A DNA stretch of 64,000 nucleotides, from positions 25,635 through 89,634 of the IMG/VR virus record IMGVR_UViG_3300022745_000023; one strand, given 5' to 3'. The notes under the pieces are model-generated. The model saw only the letters and a list, made by a program, of their open reading frames with translations, made no database searches and was not told the origin of the DNA. Origin of the DNA: a virus. The translations under genes were made by a program, and so were the position numbers. Below, piece by piece: positions 28,096-37,800 of this stretch. How positions within the stretch are numbered: position 1 is the first letter of the stretch; each line of letters starts with the position of its first letter.

Positions 28096-28647
28096 TCAAA
28101 AGGGAATGTCGTCATCAAGATCATCACCAAATCCGCCGCCGCCCGTCTGGCCCCAGCTTCCACCGCTGCCACTGGTTTGCCCCCAGCCGCCGCTATCGCG
28201 CTGCTGGCTTCCGCCGCCCGACTGGCCGCGTTGGGTGCTGGAACCATAGCCGCCGCGCCCTTCGCTGCGATCACCGCCGCCGCTTTCATCGCCTTCACGC
28301 CGGTCGAGAAGGATCACCTGCCCGCCGAAATTGGCGATGCAGATTTCGGTCGAGTAGCGGTCATTGCCGCTCTGGTCCTGCCACTTCCGGGTGCGAAGCT
28401 GCCCTTCGACAAAAATCTTGCTGCCCTTGCGCGTGTATTTTTCGATGACGCCGATCAAGCCTTCATTGAAAATCTGGACCGTGTGCCATTCAGTCTTGCT
28501 TTTGCGCTCACCGCTTTGCTTGTCAGTCCAGCTTTCGCTTGTAGCGAGGCGAAGCTGTGCAACCTTTCCGCCACCCTGAAAGGAGCGGACTTCCGGGTCC
28601 GCTCCAAGGTGGCCAATCAGTTGCACTCGATTGAGTGAACCTGCCAT
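28096..28647 (-). CDS. ssb: Single-stranded DNA-binding protein
   Basis: SLNRVQLIGHLGADPE...DDDIPF. Confidence 0.97.
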   Translation of the reverse strand: MAGSLNRVQLIGHLGADPEVRSFQGGGKVAQLRLATSESWTDKQSGERKSKTEWHTVQIFNEGLIGVIEKYTRKGSKIFVEGQLRTRKWQDQSGNDRYSTEICIANFGGQVILLDRREGDESGGGDRSEGRGGYGSSTQRGQSGGGSQQRDSGGWGQTSGSGGSWGQTGGGGFGDDLDDDIPF

Positions 28648-28659
28648 TTTTCTTCCTCC

Positions 28660-29355
28660 TTACGACCGGGCCGAAATGCCTTCGACCGGGATAGCCTTGA
28701 CGCCCGGAATGTTCAGCTTGTCCTTGAGCGCCGTCGCCATCTGATTGAGCGGCTTCATGTCGATCTGGACGCATTCCCAAAATTCGGGGGTTTCGAGGGC
28801 GTGCCGGACAAATTCGGCTTTGTCCACCAATTCCGCACGCCAGCGCGTGGTAGTGGTGATTCCTGCCAGTTTCGTCTGCTGCTGCACTTCGGGAACCGAG
28901 GCGGTGACCATGGTCGCGGCGGTCTGGATGGCGATGGCCCCGGCAATGTCGCCTTCTTTTTCGGCCTCGGCAGCTTCGGCGGCAAGACGCTGGCGTTCTT
29001 CCTCGGCTGCCTTCTCGGCTTCGCGGCGCTTTTCGTCCGCGATGCGCTGCTGTTCGCGGCTGTACGTAAGCATGGTCCCCTTGAGAGCGGCTTCCGCTTT
29101 TTCCAGCGTTTCGAGGGGCTTGCGGAAAAGGTCCATGACCTCTTTCTTTGCCTTGTCCATCGGGCCGGTGATGGCCTTGCGGCGATCTTCAAGCGTCTTG
29201 TATTTGGCCTTGATGGCGCGAAGTTCTTCGCCCGCGATTTCATACATTTCGGGGCTGTCGATGGTGAACGACTGCGCGGTCGTCAGGATGGGATTCGCTT
29301 CCGCTTCAAGCTGTTCTTTCGCGGGAATCTTGGCGATGGCATTAGGAGTCGTCAT
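28660..29355 (-). CDS. Coiled-coil phage protein of the recombination module
   Basis: LEDRRKAITGP...IPGV motif common beside recombinases. Confidence 0.7.
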   Translation of the reverse strand: MTTPNAIAKIPAKEQLEAEANPILTTAQSFTIDSPEMYEIAGEELRAIKAKYKTLEDRRKAITGPMDKAKKEVMDLFRKPLETLEKAEAALKGTMLTYSREQQRIADEKRREAEKAAEEERQRLAAEAAEAEKEGDIAGAIAIQTAATMVTASVPEVQQQTKLAGITTTTRWRAELVDKAEFVRHALETPEFWECVQIDMKPLNQMATALKDKLNIPGVKAIPVEGISARS

Positions 29356-29975
29356 GCTCTTTCCTTTACTGCTGGCTCGTAAGCGACCTTGTGGTTGTTG
29401 CGGTGCGCCCAATTCATGAGGGTGAGTGCGCTGACAAAGACCGGCCAATCGGTCCTGTCCCTATAGGTGTGCAGCTTCCACTTGCCGGTGCGGAGAAGCT
29501 GCACCGCATAGCGCCCGGTGTGCTTGGGTGCTTTCGGATCACCGGCATGGATAGCCTCGGCATATGCGGCAGTCTGCATCCCGGTAGTGGGATACATGCT
29601 GGCCACCGCCTTAATGTCGATGATGGACAATTCGCCCTGAAAAATTCCAGAACGGTCCAGCGTGCCGGCATAGCGCAAGTGCGGGTGAAAGACCCGTTGC
29701 TCGATCTGGATTGGGACAAAGCCAGTCTTGGCGCGAAAGTCGGCCCATGCGTCGATGTAAGGACGCAGTTCCGCGCCGACCGAATCCCAATCCAAATCAT
29801 CCTGATCGTAAAGTTCGCAACCAAGGTGGACGCCGTGGCCGCGCGTCTTTGCATATTCGAGAATGCTCTCTCGAATGCAGGAAAGGTCAGTCATCATGCC
29901 GAGGATCTGGGTCACGGAGGGGACTAAATCCCCCCCATGCCGATACGTATGGCTTGGCTCGTCGAAAGTAAGCAT
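29352..29975 (-). CDS. PD-(D/E)XK exonuclease (Cas4/RecB-like)
   Basis: VPSVTQIL, RGHGVH, YAGTLD, IIDIK, QTAAY. Confidence 0.85.
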   Translation of the reverse strand: MLTFDEPSHTYRHGGDLVPSVTQILGMMTDLSCIRESILEYAKTRGHGVHLGCELYDQDDLDWDSVGAELRPYIDAWADFRAKTGFVPIQIEQRVFHPHLRYAGTLDRSGIFQGELSIIDIKAVASMYPTTGMQTAAYAEAIHAGDPKAPKHTGRYAVQLLRTGKWKLHTYRDRTDWPVFVSALTLMNWAHRNNHKVAYEPAVKERA

Positions 29976-30931
29976 TACTGCGCCTTGACCCAAGCGATGA
30001 TGCTGTTTGCCGTTGCGGTGTCGATGCCGTCAAGGGTGTCGATGCCAAATTCACTGGCCACCTTTTCCCAAGCGATCTGCTTTTCCTGCGCCTTGTTGCG
30101 GATGAAAGCCAGCATCCCCGGAGAAGCGGGGTCGCCGCCAACAACTTCCCGCTTCTGGGATTCGCCGCCTGCCTCGTTACGCTCGGCGCTCACCTTTTCG
30201 CGCGCGTCGCCTTCGATGACATTGCCGCCGATCTGCATGCCATCGTCCGGCTGGTGCTCAATTTCCTTAGGCTGATCCTTGGCCTTGCCACGCGCCTTCG
30301 GCATGGCAACCGCCTTTTGTTCGCCAACCTCACGAAATTCAGCTTCGACAATCCGCTCGGCCTCGTCCTGATCGAAGATGCCGGTGAAGCCGAATGCGAT
30401 GCGGGCGCACTGGATTTCGGCCTTGTGGCGCAGGAAACGCTTGGTATGCGTCTGCCACGGCCCATTGACCTTGTAAGGGCCTCGGTTCCCGTTGCCCTCG
30501 AATGGAGGCCGGTAAACCTCGTCCAGAAATTCGCGGATCACAATCGGACGGCTGCGATCCTTACGATAGATCACGCATTCGATCCACTCCGGCGCGTCAA
30601 CAAGCGCGCCGGGCATACGGATCATGCTTTCGGACTGACGGAACTCGATCCCGTCCATCATCGGGTGCTCGTTGATGATGCGATTCCAGCCATCGACGCC
30701 GACAACAGGCACGATCCCGTTCTTCTTGTCGGGGAAGGCGTAGATTTCCTTCGTCCAAGGATTCAAGTCATACTGATTGGCGACGACCAGCAAGGCAATC
30801 ATCTGCGCGTCGGTCACTTCCCTTTCGGACCTGAACGCGGTGTCCTTGAGTGCGTCGATAAGATTGCTGCCGTCCTCTATGCCAAGCGACTTCGCCAGCT
30901 TGGCTGTCAGGGACGTAAGAGCGTTGCTCAT
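29975..30931 (-). CDS. bet: Single-strand annealing protein Bet
   Basis: ANQYDLNPWTKEIYAFPDK..GIVPVVGVDGW; RFLRHKA.IQCAR.AFGF.GIFDQDEAERI. Confidence 0.95.
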   Translation of the reverse strand: MSNALTSLTAKLAKSLGIEDGSNLIDALKDTAFRSEREVTDAQMIALLVVANQYDLNPWTKEIYAFPDKKNGIVPVVGVDGWNRIINEHPMMDGIEFRQSESMIRMPGALVDAPEWIECVIYRKDRSRPIVIREFLDEVYRPPFEGNGNRGPYKVNGPWQTHTKRFLRHKAEIQCARIAFGFTGIFDQDEAERIVEAEFREVGEQKAVAMPKARGKAKDQPKEIEHQPDDGMQIGGNVIEGDAREKVSAERNEAGGESQKREVVGGDPASPGMLAFIRNKAQEKQIAWEKVASEFGIDTLDGIDTATANSIIAWVKAQ

Positions 30932-31131
30932 GCGGACTTCCTTCGAGTGCCCTATTTCGCGCTTGTCGGGCTTCGGGGTGGCGGCGCGTCACCATGTATC
31001 TGATGGCTAAAGCCTATACCCCGCGAGTAAAGAAGTCCAGCACTTTTGATGCCCTAGGCGCTAAATACGTCAAATCCTAGAAAAGTCCTATCCAGTCAGG
31101 TAAAATCCTACCTTTCGTCCGAAGGAACGAT

Positions 31132-31374
31132 GTGAGCAAGACTGATGTGGTAGCCACGCTGGTTGTCAGCGCGAACGGTGACGGAACGTGCGGCGCCCGT
31201 CTGGACGGCACGATCCCTGCGGATCTAGCGATCCCCTTTATGCTGCGTCTGGATCAGGTCGAGATTGCGCTGATGAAGTTCAGCCAGCCGTTCGACGTCA
31301 ATGAACTAGGCGAACGCCTATCGGAGGCCAGTGTGCCGATAGAATATTTCGCGGATCGAATTGCGAACGGCTAG
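31132..31374 (+). CDS. Hypothetical protein
   Basis: SD GAAGGA; plausible small ORF in immunity region. Confidence 0.45.
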   Translation: MSKTDVVATLVVSANGDGTCGARLDGTIPADLAIPFMLRLDQVEIALMKFSQPFDVNELGERLSEASVPIEYFADRIANG

Positions 31375-31471
31375 GTAAAGCTGATAGCGCTCGGCTGCAT
31401 CTGATGAGCAGGTGATGACGGCGCGCACGGTGCCGTCACGGTGGAGCGTAAAAACGGCTCTCGGCTTCTGG

Positions 31472-31909
31472 TTAGCCGCGCCGCCGGGTCTTTTGAACGC
31501 GATTACTGCCATTGCTTTCCTCGAAGGCAATATCAAATGGCCCAACATCGAAACCGCCGGTCGGCGGGGTCTGCTGGCAATACGCGGCGATCTGGTGGAT
31601 CAGCCTGCTTAACTGGTCACGCAAAGGGGCGGGTAGCATCTGCATCGAATAAGCCGCTGCCATGACTTCCCCGGCAACGGGCGATCCATGCGCTTGTGCG
31701 CCGTCATGAATCGTATCGAGGTAGCCTCGATCTAGGCCAAGTTTGCGCTCAAGTTTGCGCGCGATCTCATCCCCGATAGCTTTCTTCCCGCTCTTGATCT
31801 GGGAAAAATAGCTGGGGTTCATCTCAACCTTTCGACAAAAATCGATGATTTTTCGATGCTTGTCGCTCAAGGCAAGAAGGTTCTTCAAACGGATTTCGCG
31901 CGTCTCCAT
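31472..31909 (-). CDS. CI-like repressor (HTH, no peptidase domain)
   Basis: RLKNL...PSYFSQIKSGKKAIGDEIARKLE..LGL..GYLD; divergent from Cro-like gene. Confidence 0.8.
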   Translation of the reverse strand: METREIRLKNLLALSDKHRKIIDFCRKVEMNPSYFSQIKSGKKAIGDEIARKLERKLGLDRGYLDTIHDGAQAHGSPVAGEVMAAAYSMQMLPAPLRDQLSRLIHQIAAYCQQTPPTGGFDVGPFDIAFEESNGSNRVQKTRRRG

Positions 31910-31954
31910 CTCCCCCCCGGTAGCGCGGCCAATTGCTACATTTTGCCACAAACA

Positions 31955-31969
31955 TTACCGATTGGGTAA
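31955..31969. promoter_or_regulatory. Palindromic operator TTACC-N5-GGTAA
   Basis: TTACCgattgGGTAA between cI and cro; recurs at 44359, 55052, 57804. Confidence 0.65.
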
Positions 31970-32096
31970 TCGCTGCGGAACGGGTTGTCTCAATTTTTTG
32001 TGCAATTGACAACATGGGGACGCCCCAAGGTTGCCCTAAGAGATAAATTTCATCGCCTCTCTTGCCCATGGTTACGCTGCAAGGTAAAGTGCACGC

Positions 32097-32348
32097 ATGG
32101 GTACGATCAACGACTTCTTCATCAAGCATGGGACCGAAGGGTTCCGTCGCCTCGCAGAGCGGGCCGGGACCAAGGTGTCCTATCTCCTGCAACTCAACTA
32201 TATGCCGAGCAAAGTGCCATCCGTTCGGATGGCGCAACGCTTGATCGCCGCCAGCGATGGGGAACTGACGCTGGAAGGCTTGGCGAATCCCCAAAAGCGC
32301 TTGGCGCGCGAGGTCCGGCGGCAACAGGCTGCCGAAGCGCAAGGGTGA
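32097..32348 (+). CDS. Cro-like HTH regulator
   Basis: LAERAGTKVSYLLQL...PS..MA..L..AS.GELT. Confidence 0.8.
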   Translation: MGTINDFFIKHGTEGFRRLAERAGTKVSYLLQLNYMPSKVPSVRMAQRLIAASDGELTLEGLANPQKRLAREVRRQQAAEAQG

Positions 32349-32707
32349 ACCGCCGTCTCTATGCCCTTGGCCGTCTCCCGAAAGGGCAAAAGAACAAGAC
32401 GGAACAGGCATACGAGGACCAGTACCTCAAGCCGTGCCTGCACGCCGGGGAAATTCTCTGGTATCGCTTTGAGGGCATCAAGCTAAGGCTGGCGGACAAC
32501 ACCTTTCTGACTGTTGATTACGCCGTCCTTCGCAGGGACGGCCTTTTGGAAATGGTCGATGTGAAGGGTGGCCCGCGCGTGTTCACCGAGGACGCGCGCG
32601 TGAAGATGAAGGTCGCCGCCGAAACCTACCCGTTCATGTTCAGCGTGGTTTATCCGGTTTCCAAGAAAGATGGCGGCGGGTGGAAGAAGGAGTGCATCGG
32701 TGAATAA
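32345..32707 (+). CDS. DUF1064-like PD-(D/E)XK endonuclease
   Basis: NKTEQAY...FEGIKLRLAD..F..VDY...VDVKG...DARVKMKVAA. Confidence 0.75.
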   Translation: MNRRLYALGRLPKGQKNKTEQAYEDQYLKPCLHAGEILWYRFEGIKLRLADNTFLTVDYAVLRRDGLLEMVDVKGGPRVFTEDARVKMKVAAETYPFMFSVVYPVSKKDGGGWKKECIGE

Positions 32708-32826
32708 CTGGTGTCGCATCTGCGTTGACCAGTTGACGCCGCAAAGTTTACCTCTCAAATAAAAACAAAGCCGCGAGGTGCAACCAACACCTCGCGGCTT
32801 CTGCTCACCCTCGTCTAAGCAAGGAA

Positions 32827-33195
32827 ATGACGCCAATGAGTGATAAGAACAATAGCGGACAACCTTGGACAGCGCAAGCCAAAAACCGCCAATTTCCGGG
32901 ATTTGATGCGCTTGCACCCTCCACCGAACCGCCAGAGGAAAAGAACTGGCGCGCGACTGCGTACAAGGCCTTTTTAGCCTTCATCAGCGAGCGGTGCGGG
33001 CAAACTTTCCTGTGCGAGGATTTTCGTTCATCCCTCCCGGCTAGCTTTCCCCAGCCCAACGATCCGCGTAAATGGAGCGTGGTCATCATGGATGCCGCGC
33101 GTGACGGCCTGATCGTGAAGGCTGGCTATCGCATCACCAAGGGCCTCGGTTCGCACCCCCGCGCGATGATGCTGTGGGAGGTTTGTGCGAAATGA
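32827..33195 (+). CDS. Hypothetical protein
   Basis: SD AAGGA; operon continuity. Confidence 0.6.
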   Translation: MTPMSDKNNSGQPWTAQAKNRQFPGFDALAPSTEPPEEKNWRATAYKAFLAFISERCGQTFLCEDFRSSLPASFPQPNDPRKWSVVIMDAARDGLIVKAGYRITKGLGSHPRAMMLWEVCAK

Positions 33196-33962
33196 ACTAT
33201 TACGAGAGGCACCTTGGGGATTACGCCAAGGACACGGCGCACCTCTCGGTGATGGAGCATGGTGCGTACAACCTGCTTCTGGACCGCTATTACGCTACCG
33301 AAGCTGGCATCCCTGCATCGCAGGCCCATCGCGTTGCGCGCGCGCGCTCCAAGGAAGAGAAAGAGGCTGTCGATGTGGTGCTGGAAGAGTTTTTTCAGCT
33401 TTCCGATAGCATCTGGATCAACAACCGAGCGGAAACCGAGATTGCCAAATATCGCCGCAAATCCGAGGCAGCAAAGGAAAACGGGAAGAAAGGCGGAAGG
33501 CCAAAAAAGGAACCTATTGCAGAAGCTGGTGCGAACCCAGAAAAAACCCAAGGGTTTCTATCCGCTTCCAATCAGGAAACCCAAGAGAAAGCTCACCAGA
33601 CACCAGTAACCAGTAACCAAGATTCCGTTCCTACCGGAACGGGCGCTTCGCAGCCAAAAACGGCTGATCCTGCGGAAGTCATTTTTGGGTATGGCGTCCC
33701 CTTGCTGGTGAACGCCGGCACGCCCGACCGCAATGCTCGCTCATTTCTCGGTGGGTTGCGTAAAACCCATGGCGACAAGGCTGTGGTCGATGCTCTCCGC
33801 GAATGCCTCCGCGCCAAGCCCTTGCAGCCCCTCGAATGGCTTGCTGCTGCCCTTCCCCCGAAAGCAAGGGCTGGCAGTTCCGCAAAAGGTCATCCGGGGC
33901 ATCGGACCTCGTTCGATGACATTGATTATTCGCGTGGCGTGAACCCGGATGGGAGTTTCTGA
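33192..33962 (+). CDS. Replication initiator, YdaU/DUF1376 family
   Basis: MNYYERHLGDYAKDTAHLS..EHGAY..LLD.YY; NGKKGGRP. Confidence 0.88.
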   Translation: MNYYERHLGDYAKDTAHLSVMEHGAYNLLLDRYYATEAGIPASQAHRVARARSKEEKEAVDVVLEEFFQLSDSIWINNRAETEIAKYRRKSEAAKENGKKGGRPKKEPIAEAGANPEKTQGFLSASNQETQEKAHQTPVTSNQDSVPTGTGASQPKTADPAEVIFGYGVPLLVNAGTPDRNARSFLGGLRKTHGDKAVVDALRECLRAKPLQPLEWLAAALPPKARAGSSAKGHPGHRTSFDDIDYSRGVNPDGSF

Positions 33963-33964
33963 CC

Positions 33965-34750
33965 ATGAATGACCTTTCTTCTCTGATCCACACAACGCCG
34001 AACAAGCGCCCCGGCCATTGCGAGAAGCACGGCGAATTTGAAGCTGAAAACTGGATCGGTTCGATCTGGACTGGTTGCCCTTCCTGCGATGAGGAGGCCA
34101 AGCGCGCCAAAGCGGAAGCGGAAGCGCTCAAGCGCAGGGAATCGGATTTGTCCCGCTGGCAATGGCGCATCCGTGGCTCCGGCATCCCTGACCGTTTCCA
34201 TGGCAAGGAATTGGATTCGTTTGCCGCTGAAACGCCGGAGCAACAGCGGGCGCTTCGGAGCGCGGTGCGCTACGCGAATGAGTTTGATGAAGCGATGAAA
34301 ACGGGTCGCTCCATGATGTTCCTTGGCAAGCCGGGCACCGGCAAGACGCATCTGGCGGCTGGCATCGGCCAGTGCCTTATTCGCAATGGCCGGAAGGTGA
34401 TGTTTACGACCGTGATTCGTGCGGTGCGCCGGGTCAAAGATACGTGGTCGAAGGGCGCGCAGGAGAGCGAAACGGACGCCATTCGCCTGATGGTCGAGCC
34501 GGACCTTCTGATCCTTGATGAAGTCGGCGTTCAGTTCGGCAGCGATTTTGAACGCAACATGCTGTTTGACCTCATTAATGAGCGGTATGAATCGTGCAAG
34601 CCTACCTTGATCCTCTCCAACCTGTCCCTTGAAGAGGTTGGGGTGTTTCTCGGTGAACGGATCATGGACCGCCTGCGCGAGAACGGCGGGCGCTGCGTCC
34701 TTTTCTCGTGGGACAGCTATCGCAGGAATGCGGATCAAGGCCGTGGATGA
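33965..34750 (+). CDS. DnaC/IstB-like helicase loader ATPase
   Basis: CEKHG..CPSC, GKPGTGKTHLA, LILDEVG, RIMDRL. Confidence 0.92.
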   Translation: MNDLSSLIHTTPNKRPGHCEKHGEFEAENWIGSIWTGCPSCDEEAKRAKAEAEALKRRESDLSRWQWRIRGSGIPDRFHGKELDSFAAETPEQQRALRSAVRYANEFDEAMKTGRSMMFLGKPGTGKTHLAAGIGQCLIRNGRKVMFTTVIRAVRRVKDTWSKGAQESETDAIRLMVEPDLLILDEVGVQFGSDFERNMLFDLINERYESCKPTLILSNLSLEEVGVFLGERIMDRLRENGGRCVLFSWDSYRRNADQGRG

Positions 34751-35150
34751 TCTGTTCGGATTCAGCGAAGCCGCCAGTGTGCAGCCCTCTGGGGCTGTGC
34801 CGCGCGAAATGATTCCCGGCATCACTTGGGACCATAGGGCCGAAGCGATGTATCAGGACGCCGTGAAAGAATTGAGGAACAGTTTTGAAGGAAAGTGGTC
34901 CAAGCCCAAGTTTGCCGCTGATGTGGATAGGGAAGCGCGCTGGACCGTGGAACTATGGCTGCATCGCCGGTTCCTGAAAGATCGCGTGATGGATGCGATG
35001 AGCGTCCCTGACGATCGGGCCAAGATTGCGCTGGTGGCCGATTGGCGGCGCATGTACGGCAACCCGCGCACCGAATACCTGATTAAGGTTCTTCGCACGC
35101 CCGCGCTCAAGTCCATCGTCATGTCATTTGAAGCGGAGAAAAGCCGGTGA
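34743..35150 (+). CDS. Hypothetical protein
   Basis: Overlapping ORF in replication operon. Confidence 0.55.
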   Translation: MDDLFGFSEAASVQPSGAVPREMIPGITWDHRAEAMYQDAVKELRNSFEGKWSKPKFAADVDREARWTVELWLHRRFLKDRVMDAMSVPDDRAKIALVADWRRMYGNPRTEYLIKVLRTPALKSIVMSFEAEKSR

Positions 35151-35620
35151 AGTGCATGTTCGCCAAGGGGCAGGGGAATTGTTTGGTCCCTGCTGATCCG
35201 AATGCCGAGAAGTTCATCGCCTCTTTGAAGGCTGGCGGTGGCGCTTGGGTCGAGACGAAAAAGGCTCGCTCAATCAAGTTTCACCGCCTGTTTTTTTCGC
35301 TGTTGCAGCTTGCTTTCGATATGTGGGAGCCGAAGGGCGAAAAGCTGTGGAAAGGTGAGCCTATCCGTAAGGATTTTGAGCGGTTCAGAGAAGATGTATT
35401 GATTTTGGCCTCGCACTACGAGGCGTCATATTGCATTGATGGTTCGGTGAAGCTGCGAGCCAAGTCGATTTCGTTCGCATCGTGCGATGAGTTTGCCTTC
35501 CGTGAAGTTTATGACGCTGTTCTCGATGTGGTTTGGGAAAAGATCCTTCGCGAGGCTAATTTTCGCTCGAAGGAGGAAGTCAACAATGTAGTCAATCAAC
35601 TAATGGCGTATGGCGGGTGA
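35147..35620 (+). CDS. DUF1367 family protein
   Basis: FHRLFFSLLQLAFD.W...FERFR......RAKSISFA. Confidence 0.8.
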   Translation: MKCMFAKGQGNCLVPADPNAEKFIASLKAGGGAWVETKKARSIKFHRLFFSLLQLAFDMWEPKGEKLWKGEPIRKDFERFREDVLILASHYEASYCIDGSVKLRAKSISFASCDEFAFREVYDAVLDVVWEKILREANFRSKEEVNNVVNQLMAYGG

Positions 35621-36159
35621 TGGTGGAGGTTGTTTACGAGTCAATTAGTGGGGTGCAGGGGCAGTATTTTCGCTGCCCTTTTGGCGTCGCCAAACTGCTT
35701 TCTACCAAGGCTTGTGCGGGCCTCTATTGCGAAGCCATGTCGCCCAAGGGTTTGCGTGATGGCCTTCGCATAGCATGTCGTAGCTGCGAGGTCGGCGCTT
35801 CTCATGCTGGTGTATCGGTGACAACCGCGTCATCTTCGCGCTTCCTCGGCACCATGACTTGCTCTCGCTGCCAAAAACAAGCAACCCGGCTCATTCGTAA
35901 GTCTCTCTGTGTGGGCTGCTACAACCGCGAAATCGAGTTCCTGAAAGGCCGAAACGCGAAAGGCGGCAAGCCGATTCACGCGAAGCCTGTAGCCCCTGCA
36001 TTGATCGCGTGTCAGGTTGGCGAAGAAGTCGCTATGCGGGTTCGCCGGCTAGATCGCGTCACCTCGCGCATTGAAGCTGTGCTTTCCGTCCTGCGGCTTG
36101 AGGACAAATCTGTCTCGTTCGGCTGGATCGGCGCTTCTGTGGTCAAGGGGGATACCTGA
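35617..36159 (+). CDS. Cys-rich Zn-ribbon protein
   Basis: CRSC, CSRC, CVGC motifs. Confidence 0.6.
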   Translation: MMVEVVYESISGVQGQYFRCPFGVAKLLSTKACAGLYCEAMSPKGLRDGLRIACRSCEVGASHAGVSVTTASSSRFLGTMTCSRCQKQATRLIRKSLCVGCYNREIEFLKGRNAKGGKPIHAKPVAPALIACQVGEEVAMRVRRLDRVTSRIEAVLSVLRLEDKSVSFGWIGASVVKGDT

Positions 36160-36530
36160 TGCAGGACAGCTTGTTCGATAGCCTCGAAACTGTTCGTGCG
36201 CCTGCCAAGCTGCGCCGCAAGCGGATAAGCATGGGGTGGGAGTTCACCGACCATGCCTGCCGCAACTGCATGGGGCGCGTGATGCGCCGGGTGAATCTTG
36301 ATGACACGGTTGTCGTGCGCTGCGCTGAATGCGGTTCCTCGGCTGTCGGGGAACCGGCCTCGCTCTGCTGGTGCGGCGTGGAAGTGCGGAATCATGGCGC
36401 TGCCTTTGAGTGCTTCCGCAATCCCAACATTTCCCTTACAACTCCCCAAGAAGTATTGGTTCGTGAACGAAAGGTGGAGCGCAAGCCGCCGCTGGTTCGT
36501 GTTGCGGCCCCGGTAAGGAGTCGTGAGTGA
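36159..36530 (+). CDS. Cys-rich Zn-ribbon protein
   Basis: HACRNCMGR...CAECG...LCWCG...C. Confidence 0.6.
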   Translation: MQDSLFDSLETVRAPAKLRRKRISMGWEFTDHACRNCMGRVMRRVNLDDTVVVRCAECGSSAVGEPASLCWCGVEVRNHGAAFECFRNPNISLTTPQEVLVRERKVERKPPLVRVAAPVRSRE

Positions 36531-37093
36531 TGACAGGGCAGCGCAAAGCGCCCGTTGATTGGCTTCGGGCGCGCACGCTTTGGGAGGCCGACCCTACGCT
36601 GACTCAAGCAGCGCTCGCCCGGATGCTCAACGTGTCGAAGGTGCAGGTCACTAAGCACGTAAAGGCGCAGGGCTGGAAAAAGCTGAAAGAGCAACAGGGC
36701 GCAGAACAGGTTGTCCGGCAGCGGGCTTACTCGCGCGCCGACGAGCGCGTGGCCGAAGCGGAGCAAATGGAAGCTGCCATTTCTGCGCCGCCGCCTGAAC
36801 ACCCCAACGCCCCGGCTATCCCGCCGCCTCCCGCATCTGCCATGGTTGATACGGCGGTCGAAATGCGCGCCAAGATCCTTGAGCGTCATCGGCGCGAACT
36901 GGATGGCGCGCGGGCGCGCGTTTACAAGGCTCTAAAAATCCAAGACGTCAAGGATGCGTTCGATGAGGCCAAGGTTGCCAAGATCACCTCTGAAACGCTC
37001 AAAATCATTCAGGACGCCGAGCGTAAGGCTTGGGGCCTCGACAACGAGGCTAAGCCGGTCAAGCTGGTCTATGACAAAGAAAGTGAATGGTGA
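36527..37093 (+). CDS. Terminase small subunit
   Basis: N-terminal HTH (DW..AR..WE...LA....VSK...GW), C-terminal ERKAWGLD. Confidence 0.7.
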   Translation: MMTGQRKAPVDWLRARTLWEADPTLTQAALARMLNVSKVQVTKHVKAQGWKKLKEQQGAEQVVRQRAYSRADERVAEAEQMEAAISAPPPEHPNAPAIPPPPASAMVDTAVEMRAKILERHRRELDGARARVYKALKIQDVKDAFDEAKVAKITSETLKIIQDAERKAWGLDNEAKPVKLVYDKESEW

Positions 37094-37800
37094 TGGTTCG
37101 CAAGCGCACCATCAAGACGCGAATTTGCGGCATATGCGGAATAGTGGAAAGTGTTCGCTCTGACAATTTGGCAGTAAATTGCTCACGCTGTTCCCGTAGG
37201 GTGAATGGCGCTATTTCTCTTGAAAAAATTAAGCGCAGAGGCAACGTAGAGCTTACCTGCTCATGTTGTGAGCAGAGGTTTTTCAGAATAAAGTCCAAAG
37301 TAGCGAAGCGCGAAAGCAAGGAAGTTTATTGCTCTGTCCAGTGCAGGAATAAGCATAAGAGCATTGAGCGCTCATGCTATGAATGTGATGCAAAGTTCCG
37401 TGTTGCCGTGTCAACAGCAAGGCAAGGTGCTGCAAGATTTTGCAGCCGGAATTGCTATGAAAAATTCCTTTGTAGGACCGACCACACACCATATCGCGGA
37501 TCAGTGTGGAAAAGGATTCGTGGGGAAATAATCAGGTTTAGCGGGTTTTGCGCGATCTGTGGAACGCGAAAAAACCTGCAAGTTCACCACATCACGCCTT
37601 TCCGTCTGAATGCAGATAACTCGTTCAAGAATTTGATTCCTTTGTGCGTTCGCCACCACAAGCATGTCGAAATGGTGACTGTGGAATGCGAGGCGCAAGG
37701 GGTAAGCACAAAAGACATTCTTGGAATTATCGGTCCTATGCTTAGGCGTCGTCAGGCGCGGACCTTGAAATATATGAAAGGTATTTGGGATGGTCGTTGA
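37087..37800 (+). CDS. HNH endonuclease with Zn-ribbon repeats
   Basis: YCS..C/FCS..C repeats; CAICG...VHHI.P.....N...NLIPLC..HH; low GC. Confidence 0.85.
   Translation: MVMVRKRTIKTRICGICGIVESVRSDNLAVNCSRCSRRVNGAISLEKIKRRGNVELTCSCCEQRFFRIKSKVAKRESKEVYCSVQCRNKHKSIERSCYECDAKFRVAVSTARQGAARFCSRNCYEKFLCRTDHTPYRGSVWKRIRGEIIRFSGFCAICGTRKNLQVHHITPFRLNADNSFKNLIPLCVRHHKHVEMVTVECEAQGVSTKDILGIIGPMLRRRQARTLKYMKGIWDGR

Noticed and set aside
29352-29975. cas4 as part of a CRISPR system
   Set aside because: Sits beside bet and ssb as the recombination exonuclease; no array or other cas genes
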